The translations under genes and the position numbers were made by a program. Under the pieces are notes generated by a model. It worked only from the letters and a program-made list of their open reading frames with translations. It did not search any database and was not told where the DNA came from. DNA of 64,000 bases, from NCBI RefSeq assembly GCF_006345805.1, contig NC_043000.1, forward strand, positions 78,678,001-78,742,000. Reading direction: 5' to 3'. This DNA comes from Octopus sinensis (taxonomy: Eukaryota). Shown here one piece after another: positions 50,473 through 63,446 of this stretch (position 1 is the first letter of the stretch; every line of letters starts with the position of its first letter).

Positions 50473-51568
50473 ATTTTTATTTCAGTTATTCTTTAAATTT
50501 TATATGTCTTAATGACGGAATCCAGTACGCCCTCTTTCTGTTTTTGGTACTAAAGATTTCTAAGCATTTAATTGTTAATTTTTTCAAAATAACACACACA
50601 TGCACACACACGCGCGCACATACATACACACACACACACACATACTACTCAGTCAGTATCTGTATCAATTGCCACTAGTTGTTTTCTTTTTCACTATTTC
50701 TCTTAGAGAATGAAAACTTAAAAATAACCATCCCGTCTATTGCACAGTAAAACTTATTCAATAAGATATCTGATGTTATAATTACCTGTAGACATGAATA
50801 TCTTTCAACTTATAAATTCTTCCCCCAAAATAATTAGCCTATAGGATTTTAATCTAGTCACCCTTCATATTTTGGATTCATCTTAGAATGCTATTATATA
50901 TAGTGTGGTAATGTATCTTAACATGTAACTTTAATCCTAATTATATCATCCAACGAACACTCATGTTTTTAAAATTCTCAAATCTTTCAAGTTTCTTAAA
51001 ATTTTAACAAATCTTTAAATCTTTTAACTCTGATGAAAGAAGTATAGATAATTGCTATGGTTGGAGTTTGCTCGCCCATACCAACCTATATCTTCCCGAA
51101 ACGCCCGTTAGACTTTTCACTTATTCAGGATTCCTCTTAAATCATTTTATACTTTCTCATCTACCCTCCTCATTGATTCTAATACGGACAATCAACCTCG
51201 CAAGTACATTTATGTATTTATATATTCATATGTTTATGAGTTTTTATATATTTATAAATCTTCGTATATTTATATATTTATAAATTCTTATGAATTTTTA
51301 CCATTTCTCATATATATGAATGCATCTATGTATATTGTGGAGAATTTAGACAATTTGAAATGGATTGAATGAATATGAATAAAAACCTTTGAAATTTACT
51401 TCTCTCTTTCTTAATTTTATATACACACACATACACACACACAAATATATGTATATATATATGTAATGTTTAAATGAATTTTAATAACACAATCGTTTAT
51501 AGATTTAACTAAATAACTAACCAGAAAGTGCCAGAAATGAACAATGTGGAACAGTATAATTTACTTAC

Positions 51569-51626
51569 ATTTGTAGCTGTTCACGCATGAAATAGCTACT
51601 ATTACTAGTAACAGTTGGTACAGCAT
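51569..51626 (-). CDS. Exon 1, signal peptide MLYQLLLVIVAISCVNSYK
   Basis: ATG at 51626, hydrophobic core, T|gtaagt donor. The phase matches exon 2 (T+AC=Tyr) and the exon is conserved in copy A. Confidence 0.9.
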
Positions 51627-51703
51627 GATGTGATGGTCAGTTACTTTATGCTTTCTTTCAGCTCCTGAGAGATTGATGACGGTTGTTTTCCGAAACAAGG
51701 ACA

Positions 51704-51738
51704 AGTTTGACAAACGTCTTAGAAGAGCTCTTTATATA
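51704..51738 (-). promoter_or_regulatory. Core promoter: TATATAAA (51738-51731) and Inr TCAAACT (+1 about 51708)
   Basis: TATA at about -30, Inr fits YYANWYY, 5' UTR about 82 nt; the block is conserved in copy A. Confidence 0.68.
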
Positions 51739-52524
51739 ATACTTAATAAATGTGATCAATTGCATAAATTAAAGAAAAATAATTGTTTTACCTAAATCAT
51801 TTACATCAGTATTTAAAAATAACAAATGTTCCTCCTAAGATAAACTATTTAAAAAATGGGTGGATTCTTTTCATTGTCATTATAATAACTGAAATGATTT
51901 ACAAGCTGATTCAGTAATGAATATGTTAACCTCACATGCTAGCTAATGTGTTCACAAACACTAAAGCGGTAATTAATACCAAATATGCAATGACTCCGTC
52001 CAGGCTTTCTTGAGAAAAGCTTTTTGCTATATTTTCTGACATTAAATGTCCACGCCCAACCCAAAGTTAGTTTAGATTCACATGCCTTTCCACATGTAAG
52101 TCAAAAATGTATTTTCCAGTTTAAGGAGTTTTTGCCTTCTTATATTTTTCTTACAGTACACTTTTAAACCAACATTAATTGTGCCTAATACCATCTTCAG
52201 ATACAGAAATCTAGGATATATTTTCTTCCTGACAATTTTCATAACACCTACATGATTTGTATCGTACGCTCCGGTTTTAATCTCTACACCAATTTCAGTC
52301 AATTTATCTAAATGTCTACCGAGAGACAGATTAACAAATTATTCCATTAAATTTGTTGCTAGTTTAATTTTTCATTCTTTCTCAATAATTATTACATTTT
52401 TCATATTTCTATGAACACATTGAACCAGGCTGAAAGCATAACATATTCTCCACAAATACATATGTACGTAAACCAGCAGTTCATTATATAGTGACTCAAA
52501 ACATTGAAGTAGCAAAATATCAAT

Positions 52525-52720
52525 ACTCTTACTATTTTACTTGTTTCCGTCATTTGACTGCGGCCATGCTGGAGCACCGCCTTTAGTCGAACAAATCGAC
52601 CCCTGGAATTATTCTTTGTTAACCCAGTACTTATTCTATCGGTCTCTTTTTCCGGACCTCTAAATTACGGGTACGTAAACACACCAACATCGGTTGTCAA
52701 GCGATGATGGGGAGACAAAC
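52525..52720 (-). mobile_element. SINE family 2, 3' portion
   Basis: Reverse complement of the 47170-47355 tail. Confidence 0.8.
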
Positions 52721-52783
52721 ACACACGCAAACATATACATACATACACACACACACACATATATATGTATACACACACACACA

Positions 52784-53050
52784 CTAGCAATGCATCCCGG
52801 CGTTACCCGGGTGTATTATTTGCTCCTTTCTTATGGGCAGAATCGGCACAGCTTATATATAGTTAATGGAATAATGGAAGTTATTTTTGTTTAATAGTGA
52901 AGGGTGAGGCTACAGTTTACATGAGTTTACATAAAAGTGCTTTTTATTCTTAAGAAGGATCAGAAACTAAACCACAATTCTAAATTTATAACTTTCTCAA
53001 AAATTTTTTTTGTTATCTACGTAGAAAAATACAGGGATTACGAATCTGGG
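52784..53050 (-). mobile_element. Helitron 3' end
   Basis: Minus strand: hairpin cccgggtaacgccggg, then CTAG|T at 52784. The internal limit is approximate. Confidence 0.65.
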
Positions 53051-53118
53051 AAATATATGTATATTATATATAAATATATATATATATATTATATATATAT
53101 ATATATATAATATATATA

Positions 53119-53170
<52 letters not shown>

Positions 53171-53217
53171 ATATATATCTATATATCTATACAATATGTT
53201 ACATTACTCGGTAGTCA

Positions 53218-53280
53218 AGATAAAACTCTGAGTTTCAGATGCCGAAGTGGAAATCCACAACACCATCTCTTCGGTTATCT
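53218..53280 (-). ncRNA. Hammerhead-like motif with a variant core
   Basis: agataa-CCGAAGA-gatg...catct-GAAA-ctc-a-gag-TT-ttatct. Stems I and III are good; U4>C and the stem II register is off by one. Confidence 0.45.
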
Positions 53281-53612
53281 GGCTATTTGAAAACGTTATG
53301 AAAAAATACCGTTAAATAAAGGGAAATTACTCTGTTATAACTCTGCTTGCCTGCGTACTTATACATCGCTCGCATTTTTCGTCATAAAAATTATATAAAA
53401 ATACATAAAAAATATATAAAAATATATAAATTCTTCTTGGGACATAACACAGAAAGCATGTTCTATCTGTTTTCTTTAGGGGACCAAAAACGTAACAGAA
53501 ATTTAGTCACATGTGGGCATGATCCGAAAAGCTCTGTCCTTGTATTTAGACATGTAGTAGGGTCTAAGTTCCTGTTTCAGTTCCTGTCTACGAAATCCAT
53601 ATATATATATAT

Positions 53613-53691
<79 letters not shown>

Positions 53692-53759
53692 GATAAATTG
53701 ATATATACAACTGAGTGGGCAAACAAAAATATGAGACACTGCGTAGTGCTTTTTTTATA

Positions 53760-54068
53760 TTTTGATAAGCCTGGTACTTATTCTATCAGTTTCTTCTTGT
53801 GAAACCAGTATGTTATGGGGATGTAAATAAAGAACACCAGTTGTGAAGCAGTGATGAGGGAGAAACACAAAGACACACACATAGACTAACATATATACAT
53901 ACATATACATGCAATTGATTTCTTTCAGTTTCTGTCTACAAAATCCACTGACAAGGCTTTGGTTGGTCTGAAGCTTTAGCAGAAGACACATGCCAAGTTA
54001 CCACACAGTGGGACTGAACTGAGGACCATGCGTTTTGGAACCAAGTTTGTTACCACACAGCCACACCT
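53760..54068 (-). mobile_element. SINE family 2, diverged copy
   Basis: Minus strand: gtggctgtgtggtaac...agttcagtcccactgtg...gatagaataagtacc. Confidence 0.72.
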
Positions 54069-54300
54069 GCACCTATGTATGTGTGTGTGTGTGTGGGGGG
54101 GGTTACGGTGTGTGTATGGGTGTATATATGTATGCATGTATATATGTGTATATATTACATGTACATCTATATATATATATATATATATATATCTAGACAT
54201 ACATGTATGCATATACATGTATATCTATACATCTATACATATACATGTATACATATATATGTATATATATATATACATCCATATATATACATGTATATAA

Positions 54301-54345
<45 letters not shown>

Positions 54346-54359
54346 CATATATATATATA

Positions 54360-54622
54360 CAATAGAGAGATGTTTTTATTTCACTTTTAAGACGTAATAC
54401 TGAAATAGTGGAGAAGATATGATATTGCTGTGGGCCCGCCCTAGGCAAGAAGTTAAACATTTTTTTTTGCCCATGACACTACAGGGACCCTAAGTAAGGC
54501 ATGTGTTATATTTGAATGAAATTGGTTGTGTAGTTCTCAAGTTTTAGGGATTCACACAGACAGATAGCTAGACAGACACACACACACACACACACACACA
54601 TTCTCAGTTTTATATATATAGA
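54360..54622 (-). mobile_element. Non-autonomous Helitron, 5' portion
   Basis: Minus strand: A|TCTATATATATAAAACTGAGAATG(TG)n; homologous to 63447-63790. Confidence 0.7.
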
Positions 54623-54627
54623 TATAC

Positions 54628-56637
54628 TAGGAAGGGATTAGCATTAGCTAAGGACTTGGAGGAAGCAATGGAATCTGGCTCTGCAGATCAGGTGACGGTC
54701 AAGAGACTGGCGTTAAACCAGCATCTCGAAGCGCAACATATGGGTTGCATTGTTGGAGCCAGAATTCGTACAGTGGGTTGTGAAGGAATCAAGGCAGCAG
54801 GATAGGCCCGAGTGGTGGAAGCCCAACGTGGAAACGATGGCACAATTCGATCTTTGATTAACCAAAGGTGTAAGTTGATAAACGAGCCGAAGAGATGTGT
54901 GAGGTCTTTCAGAAGCACTTCACCCAGCTTTTCGGGGTGGGGGAAGCGGACCGGACAGTAAGAGGGACCTAACGGATTTCCTCGCCGGGCTGCCGCGCCT
55001 CTCGGAGCTTGAGCGGAGTGTTGTGAAGGGCCGATCACGCCTGAGGAGGTAATTGAGGCTATGGCACACCGCGACGCGGGTAAGGCACCGGGACTGGATG
55101 GTCTACCCTATGAACTGTATAACAATATGCCAGACTTGTTCGGGCACTTGCTGGCGAATGTCTACGCGAAATGGCAGCAGAATGGGTTCATTCCCAGATC
55201 TGTGCGCCGGGGAGTGGTGAGGCTTGTCAGAAAGGACCCGAACAAGGGGGGACTGCATTGATAATTTTCGGCCCATCACTCTGCTAAATACAGAGTTGAA
55301 GATTTTGGCCAAAGTGTTCTCGAAAATATTGGCGCGTGTCGCGGATGGTTTGATCGGGAAGGCACATGCATGTGCCGTTTCCCGGTAAAACCATTCAGGA
55401 TAATCTCCATCTTCTACAGTACACTTGATTCTTGCAAGGCAGGGACTGTGGTCGATTTAGAACAATCAAAGGCTTTTGATAGGGTAGACCATCATTACCT
55501 GGTGTCCGTTCTGGCACAGTTCGGCCTGAGTATTAGCTTCCTCACGTGGATCATTGAAATTTATAACAACATCGACTCGGTAGTTCGGGTGAACTGTTTT
55601 TTTTATCTAAGCCGCTCAGCTTCAAACGCTCGGTTCGTCAAGGGTGTCCTCTCTCCCCGCTTTTGTATGTAATGGCTCTCGAGCCATTGCTGCGAAATGT
55701 GAGCCAGGGAGGGCGGAGGTGACCAATGTGTTAATCGCATCGGTCATCACCTACCGCCTAACTGTCGTTCCCTGCCCTGATTCGTGGTTGAGCAAGCTGG
55801 AAAGACAGCTCTTCCGCTTCTTGTAGAAGGGTTCGAATACGCTTGTGAGACGCTCTATTTGCTGCCAACAACCGTTAAAGGGTGGGCTAGAGATGCCTTG
55901 GCTGATGATGCGCAGGCGCACGCTGAGATTGAGGCATCTGTGGCTCCATCTGGATGGTGATCGGGTGTGGTCTCCGCTGGCGAAACAGTTGTTTCCCAAG
56001 TTCACTTGCTTCGGTGGACTGGAGATCTGGTTCTATCGTAGATCGAAGTTGGGTACATGGAGTACGGAGTGTCGTAAGGCTCTTCGGATATTCCATCTCT
56101 CGGGCAACACCTGCGGTAGTGGTTCTACCACATTCTTCTATAGAGGGTTGGTAGAGGCGAAATGTGACGATAGCTTGGGAAAGCCCTAGGTCTCGACAAT
56201 AATCAGCTGTTCCAACGTACATTCGGGCCGAAGACACTGGATAACTTCCAGACGTCTTTGGCATGGCAATGTTACCGAGGAGCCTTACCTGTCCGGGACA
56301 AACTCGCAATCATGGTGGCCCTAACCCACCAACCTGTCCAAGATGTGGGCGAGTCAGGGAAACCGTCCAGCATGCTATTGTTCAGTGTTCGGTGGTTTCA
56401 GATGTGTGGGTTTATGCCGAACAACTATTGTCTAGTACAGGAAGAGTACAGTTATCGACTGAGACAATAGTAAAAATTGACCCACCGGATTTCTTATCGA
56501 AAGAAGGTAAGAACTGATTTCTCATCGAAGTAGCAATTGCAAGAAAGGTGGTTTGAAAGACGCGAATAAAAGGTTTAATAACAGGCATTTTTATCTCTGG
56601 TCCTGGGTTGGTGAATTTCTTCACCTTCCACCTAAGA
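54628..56637 (+). mobile_element. 5'-truncated, internally deleted Tx1-clade LINE
   Basis: KAPGLDGLPYE, KAFDRVDH, GGLEMPWL and AWQCYRGALPVRDKL; frameshifted. Confidence 0.88.
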
Positions 56638-57793
56638 AGGAAAATAGGGCTACAAACGTAGCCTTAGTTCAGTCAAGAGAGCAAAAATCGTGTTATTCCA
56701 GCAGCAAAATTTTTCCTTTTCGAACATCAGCAAACTACTAAAGTGCAGTAAAACGGCTTGCGTGCAAGCGTGGAAGTTATTTTCGGAGACTGGTCAATAT
56801 AAAGATCGGCAAAGGACTGGCGCCCCAAGAAAAACGATGGCGCAGTTGGACCGTCGAATCAACCGACTTTCGGAAGGCAACTGAATGCTGACAGACGTTG
56901 ACATTTGTAAACAGTTGTCCAACGAGAATGGTGTTATTTTTACACCATAAACCGTCCGCAACCGTTTGAGAGAATTTGGACGAATCGTTAGGAAAAAGCC
57001 AATAATATCCGAAAAAGTCGACTCAAACGTCTTGATTTCGCAAAAAGCCATGCTCAATGGACAGCCGAAGATTGGTGCAGCGTCCTTTGGAGTGACGACT
57101 CACTGATATTTGGATCACTGATATTTGGATCAGATGGTAAAACATATGTCAGACGTCGCCCAACCGAGGAATTCCATCCGAAATGCGTGAAAAAGACGAC
57201 GCAAGCGGGGGGTGGGAGTGATGGTGTTGGGCGGCATTTAGTAGCTTTGGTGTTGGCCCTCTAGTTAAAGTTGATGTAAAGCTAAATAGTGTAGGTTTTA
57301 TGAATCTAATAAAGGATAATGTGCCATATTTGACTCACCAAATGCCCCCGGGGGCTATTTATCAGCAAAACAATAGTCCCGTGAACAAATCCAAAAAGGT
57401 TATGGAATTGTTTGATCACCATAATATTGACGTAATCGAATGGCCTCCCCAGAGCCCGAATCTAAATCCGATCGAGAACATGTGGAGTTATGCTAAAAAA
57501 ACATCTAATCTAAAACAATTATTCGATTATATCAATAAAATATAGCAAAACATTCCCATAGAATTTTGTTATCACTTAGCGAATTCAAAGCCGAGGCGTA
57601 TTAAGAATGAAGGCTTCAACACAAAATACTAATATGTATTTTGTTCTTGTTGCTAATTTTTGCTACAATCTTAAGCTTTAAATAAAATTATAATGATACG
57701 GTCTTAAACTAATTTTGCAGGTAAATTTGAAACGTTTATATTAATGAAGAAATAAAACCTTTATCATCGGTCTTAAATTTATTTTCGCCAGTG
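56638..57793 (+). mobile_element. Tc1 transposon lacking its left TIR
   Basis: TGAPRKT, WSDDS, GGGS, QQNNSP.NKS and WPPQSPNLNPIENMW. Right end ...ggtcttaaatttattttcgccagtg|TA with an inner repeat near 57699. Confidence 0.88.
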
Positions 57794-57950
57794 TATGTAA
57801 GTATTCCTTGGTTATAGTAGTATATCTGTACATAATGGAATATTCCCATAAGCTATTATTTGCATGATAAAGTAAACGTTCTCCAGTCAATCGTTTTAAT
57901 TTCTTATTGAAGCCTAGTAATTCTCATTACTAAATCATCGGCGAAGTCGA

Positions 57951-60900
57951 GCTCTTACGCATCTGTTATCAATTTCACAGCATCTTCTGAGTATTGCGTC
58001 TTGTTTCACCGTGAATTTTGTTATTATCATTACTGTCATCCATTGTTATCAAGTTTGTTGGTTTCCCGTAAGGGAGGCGTTGTTGTGCTATATTTGTTCA
58101 ATAGTTGTAAACCGTAACCCCTCCACTTTGGGGGAAGGAAGTGTGGCTATTGTGTAAAAATTGAACTGTGTCCCTGTTTGGGAAATTGTCTATATAATCG
58201 AAAAAATTGTGTTATAATGTCTTCAGTGGAAGGAAGTCAAAAAATGAATTTCGCTGCAGCCGTTGGCGGGCGCGAATTCATCAAAATCAAAATGGAGGAA
58301 ATCCAAACATATTTTGGCATGATCACAGAGAAGGACAGTGAATCCAGAATAACGCCACCGAATGAAATTAAAAATAAAATTAAGGAAAAAACGATTGTAT
58401 ATAAAGTATACAACGTGGAAACAAAGGTTCGAACACCTTGAAGAAAGCACCATTGAAAAGTGTCTTGGTACGGCTATGGCAGATATCAGGTATCTGACCA
58501 GAGGCAGCAAATTTGCCACAATAGAAGCTAGGTTCGAGTCGACGGAGCGAGCAAGGGAGTACTCGACTCGAACCTTGCAAAGTGGAAATACTCTATTTCT
58601 AGCCCTATATCTGGGTCGTAGGACGTCCCGGATAAAAATTTAAAATGTTCCGCCAGAAATGGAAGCCGGATGGATCGTGGCCACACTCCTGTACAAGAAC
58701 TACCAGAAGTAATAGGTATTGAAGACATAAGCCTGTCCATACACATGGAAGGAAGGAGGCCTAGGTGCTTCAGATGTGGTAAAAAAGGTCACATAAAGGA
58801 AAAGTGTCCCGAAAAAGAAAACCAGACTGCGACCTTACCCTCCAAGGAAATGGAACCCCAGGAGGGGACATCTAAAACCAAAAAGGCTAGAGACCCACGG
58901 GAGGAAGTGGTCGCACCCACGGCAAAGGAAACACAAAACACAACCGCAGTAAGCGACAAAGAAGATGGACTCCCGGTCATGGAGGCCGTTACCAGGAGTA
59001 CATCTACCAAAGAGGTGGAATTCCCGGCCATGGAGGCCGTTACCAGGAGTACATCTACCAAAGAGGTGGAACTCCCGGCCATGGAAGCCGTTACCAGGAT
59101 TACACCTATCAAAGAGGCGGCATTCCCGGCCAGGGAGGCTGTTACCCAGGAAGTGACCGCCTCAACAAGTACCCAAGAAACCTGTGTACAGGAATCAAGT
59201 GAAGGTTTCAAACATATTCATGGAAACTATTTAAAAAAATGGACTCCCCTACTAAGACTCAGACCCCCAAAACAAAGGTCCCTAAAGCGGAAGCAGAAAA
59301 GAAAAAAAAGAAAAACGCCTTCTGGATCTTAGACTACCCCATAGACATACCCGCCACAAAACATGACCTAATAACGGTCACCTATAAAGCAAAAAATATC
59401 TATCTAGATGGGGTCATTAGACCCCATCGAGATACGGTGGTGTACAAGAATGATCAATCCCCGTTTTTAGTCGCCAAGATACCCAGAATATTATATTTCG
59501 ATTTAGAAAAACTGCACCATAAGGACATTAGGGTGCTTAAAGAGACCAAAAAACTGGTCGACCCGCCGGTTGAACTCTTCTTGAACGAGAAAGAAGAAAG
59601 CGGAAGAATGATCTCAAAAATTTTGAGAACCATTCCCCTCGGAAGATAACTAACCAATGGTAAGTTCGAATTTTCCTTCCTTTGTGATGTAAAAATGACC
59701 GTGTTAAATATTGCATGCTTGAATGTACGGGGCCTGGGCTCGAAGGGGAAGCAAGCCTGCCTCCTCGACGACCTCAGGTCACACGGTATAGATATGATGG
59801 TTACTACAGAAACCAGGCTGAGCAAGCTGCAGGCCTTCTCTGACCTCCTGAACAACTACGAGAAGATAATTTCTCCTAGCCATGAGGGGGGGGGGCAGAG
59901 AGGTCGCAGTCTTTATTCGAAAAAGCCTGGACATGCAGACACGTAAATCTTCGTGGACCCGGAGAGTGAGTTGGTCGTTCTGAACCTGACGTTCAGAGGT
60001 GAAGCCTTTAGGCTGGTTGGCATCTACGCGCCTGGGACTCAAGACAAATGAGTTAGTTTTTATCGATGCCTTGGGAGCTTCCTGGTGACATCAAGGACTG
60101 TAGTTATGCTAGGCGACTTTAACGCTATACTGGATGCACGCCTGGATAGCGTTGGCTCCAAAGGTAGAAGAGCAGACTCATGCCTCATTGATCTGCTGAA
60201 GTGTTTCAGATTGGTAGATCGATATAAACTTGACAATCCGAACGTCTCAATGTGGACTTGGGCTAGAAAGGACGGGTCTGTCAGGTCTTATATAGATAGG
60301 ATAATAGTAAGTGTCAGAGATAAGAGTAGTTTTAGCTGCCCACAGTTCACGTATGTACCCTATTCAGACCACAAATTAGTGACGTGTAGGGTACACATAG
60401 ACAAGACACATAGACAGGGACCTGGCTATTGGAAACTAAATAAGACATTATAGACCTGTGAGGCGTACCATAGCCAGATTAAGGTGTTAGTTAAGAAGGC
60501 ACTATCCGGATCTGTTTATTAACAACCGGTGGTGGAGTGGCCTCAAAAAGCCACTCGAATGGAGTTGATTAGATTTAGTAAACAGTTAAGTATAGAGCAG
60601 ACTAGAGTAGGAAGGGGATTAGTTAAGGCATTAGAAGAGGCACTGAGAACGGGCTCTGGGCCACAAGTGTTGGCAGCGAGATCGGTTCTGGACCGACATC
60701 TCAACGCTAGACATGAAGGATGCAGAGTCAGGGCTAGGATACGTGCAATGGGCCGTGAAGGTATCAATGTTGCTGGATGGACTCGCTCGGAAGAAACACG
60801 ACGTGGCATCGATGCCACAATTGGGTCTTTGGTAGTTGAGTCCGGACAGGAGATCCAAGGACAAGAGGAGATATGTGAGGCCTTTCACAAGCACTTCGCT

Positions 60901-63310
60901 GCGTTATTCGGGAGGGGTGGGACACTGGACTATGGGGACGCCTTATGGCGTTTTCTGGCCGGCGGCCCGCGTCTTTCGGATAGCGATGCTGAGCGTTGTG
61001 AAGGTCCAATCACATCCGAAGACATCATAGAGGTACTCTCCGAGTGCTCCAGGGACAAGGCGCCGGGTCTGGATTGTCTGCCTTACGAATTTTTTAGTAG
61101 TATGCCAGACTTGTTCGGGAATGTACTGGCCAGTGTGTACACGAATTGGCAGCAGAACGGTAGAATCCCCAAAGCTGCGAGTCGAGGAGTGGTGACACTG
61201 ATCAGGAAAGACCCGAGCAAGGGGGATAACGTTAATAAATTTCGACCCATAACTCTGCTAAATACAGAGTTAAAGATTTTGGCCAAGGTGCTTGCGAAGA
61301 GAGTTAGGGTTGTCGTGAGCGACCTGGTGGGAGATGCACAAACATGTGCCATCCCAGGAAGGACGATACACGACAACCTTCACCTCATTCGCTACACCAT
61401 AGAGCGGGTGGGTAAAAAGCATGGCAACGGTGGGGCACTGGTGAATTTAGACCAGTCTAAGGCGTTCGATAGGGTTGACCACGAGTATCTGGCTGCGGTC
61501 CTCCGGGCGGCCGGATTCGGCCCGACCTTCCGAGGCTGGATCAAAGCCATGTATGGCAATATCGAATCAGTAGTCCGAGTGAATGGGTTCTTCTCGAACC
61601 CCTTCGCGATCGAGCGTTCGGTTCGACAGGGCTGCCCCCTGTCCCCGCTACTGTATATATTAGCAGTGGAGCCACTATTGCGGAAACTGAGGGACATGGG
61701 GACAGACCCGCGTGATATGTGTTATGGAAGAAACGTGACGGCTTATGCTGATAACGTCCCCATCATCGTGTCCGACGAAAGGCAGCTACCGCCGGTAGAA
61801 GACGCCATCAGAAGATACGAAACGGTAACAGGAGCTAAAATTAACCAGGAAAAATCAGTCGCCTTGAAACTCGGCACCTGGCGGGGCAAGTCGATACCTA
61901 CCAACAGCGTCGTTGGGCGCTGGACCGAGGGCTCGGTTAAAATGCTCGGGGTCTGGTTCGGACCGGACCTACAGGTGGAGAAGAACTGGAGTGAGGTGAC
62001 GAGCAAGGTGACAGCCATAGCCCAGAAGAGGTCTGGGAGAAAGGTATCCTTGTTGGGAAGGGCAGAAGTTGCACAGGTGTTCATAGCATCGGTGATAACC
62101 TACTGCCTAACCGTCGTGCCTTGCCCCGGTTTGTGGCTGACCAAGTTGGAGAGGATCCTTTTCCGCTTTTTGTGGGGAAGTAGACATCCAGTTGTGAGGC
62201 GCTCCATCTGTTGCCAGAAACCGTTAAAGGGTGGGCTGGGGATGCCCTGGCTAATGATGCGCAAGTACGCGCTGAGGCTGAGACATCTCCGATGCCACCT
62301 GGATGGTGAGCAGGTGTGGTCAACGCATGCTGAGCGGGTCTTCCCAAAGTTAAAGTCCCTAGTGGACTTAGGTGCATGGATCACGCGGGGATAAGTTGGG
62401 GTATTGGCGGGAGGAGTGCAGACAAGCACTATCCCTCTTCTCTCAGGTGAGCAATGCTAGCAGCAGGGTTACCACAGCGGATTTTTATAGCGGGTTGGTA
62501 GAGCTTAAATCCGACGATGTCCTGGCGGAGACTCTGGGTTTCGACGAGAAGCAGTTAACCGACCTGTTCGGAAGGACTTTCGGGTCGAGATTTCTGGATA
62601 ACTACCAGAAATCTTTGACCTGGCTGTGCTACCGATCGGCTTTACTGGCTCGGGAAAGGTTGTGAAGGCATGGTACTGACATCTCCCCTGCGTGAATCGG
62701 TTACTCACGCCTTCGTACACTGTGAGGAGTTGAGGGAGTTGATGGCCTTTGCCGAACAGCTGTTGTCGGATGCGGAAAGAGTACGGCTCTCGTTCGAGTC
62801 CATGATAAAGATTGTACCACCTTCCTCTTTCACCAAAGAAAAGAAGGTAGCCTTTCTCTGCGTAGTAACCATACTGAAAGATGTGGTATGGAAGACGCGA
62901 GCAAAAGGGATTGCGACAGGTCAGTTCATCTCCGGACGTGGGTTGGTGAATTACTTCGCTGCCCATCTGTCTGGAGGGGAGGAGACTGCCGCAAAGCGAG
63001 TTTGGAAAATGATGGACGACAGTAGTAAGAAAGATGAGAATGCACGAGGCTGTGCTTGCACGGTCGGTCGGAGCATGAAAGGAAGGAAAAAAATACCAAA
63101 ATACCAACCGGTGGGTTAACTCACTAACCCGGACCCAAAACTCATCCGATCATCGTTCATATGTATATTTTTAATCCTCATACACAATATATGTAAATCC
63201 ATCCGGTTTTTTACACTGTATGTAAGAAGCGAGAGTGTACTTTGAATGTCCCTTGTCTGTCCTTGTAATGTTCCCTCTGTGTAAAACCATTATAGGTTAA
63301 TAAAGAAATA
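57951..63310 (+). mobile_element. Full-length Tx1-clade LINE with a 15-bp target site duplication; inactivated
   Basis: catcggcgaagtcga (57936-57950) vs catcggagaagtcga (63311-63325). ORF1 from ATG 58217 with CFRCGKKGHIKEKC; ORF2 from 59695 (EN+RT); RT motif reads YADN. Confidence 0.92.
58970..59150 (+). repeat. 51-bp (17-aa) tandem repeat in Tx1 ORF1, about 3.5 copies
   Basis: PAMEAVTRSTSTKEVEL-like units. Confidence 0.9.
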
Positions 63311-63446
63311 CATCGGAGAAGTCGAATTGTCACAATGTTATGCCACCAATACTGGATTTTACCTGGAGAAAACCGTTAACACTTTTCTGACACAGCTGCA
63401 GGTATGGAATAATACTCTCAATTGCCTCTTTGAATTTGCCTTTATA

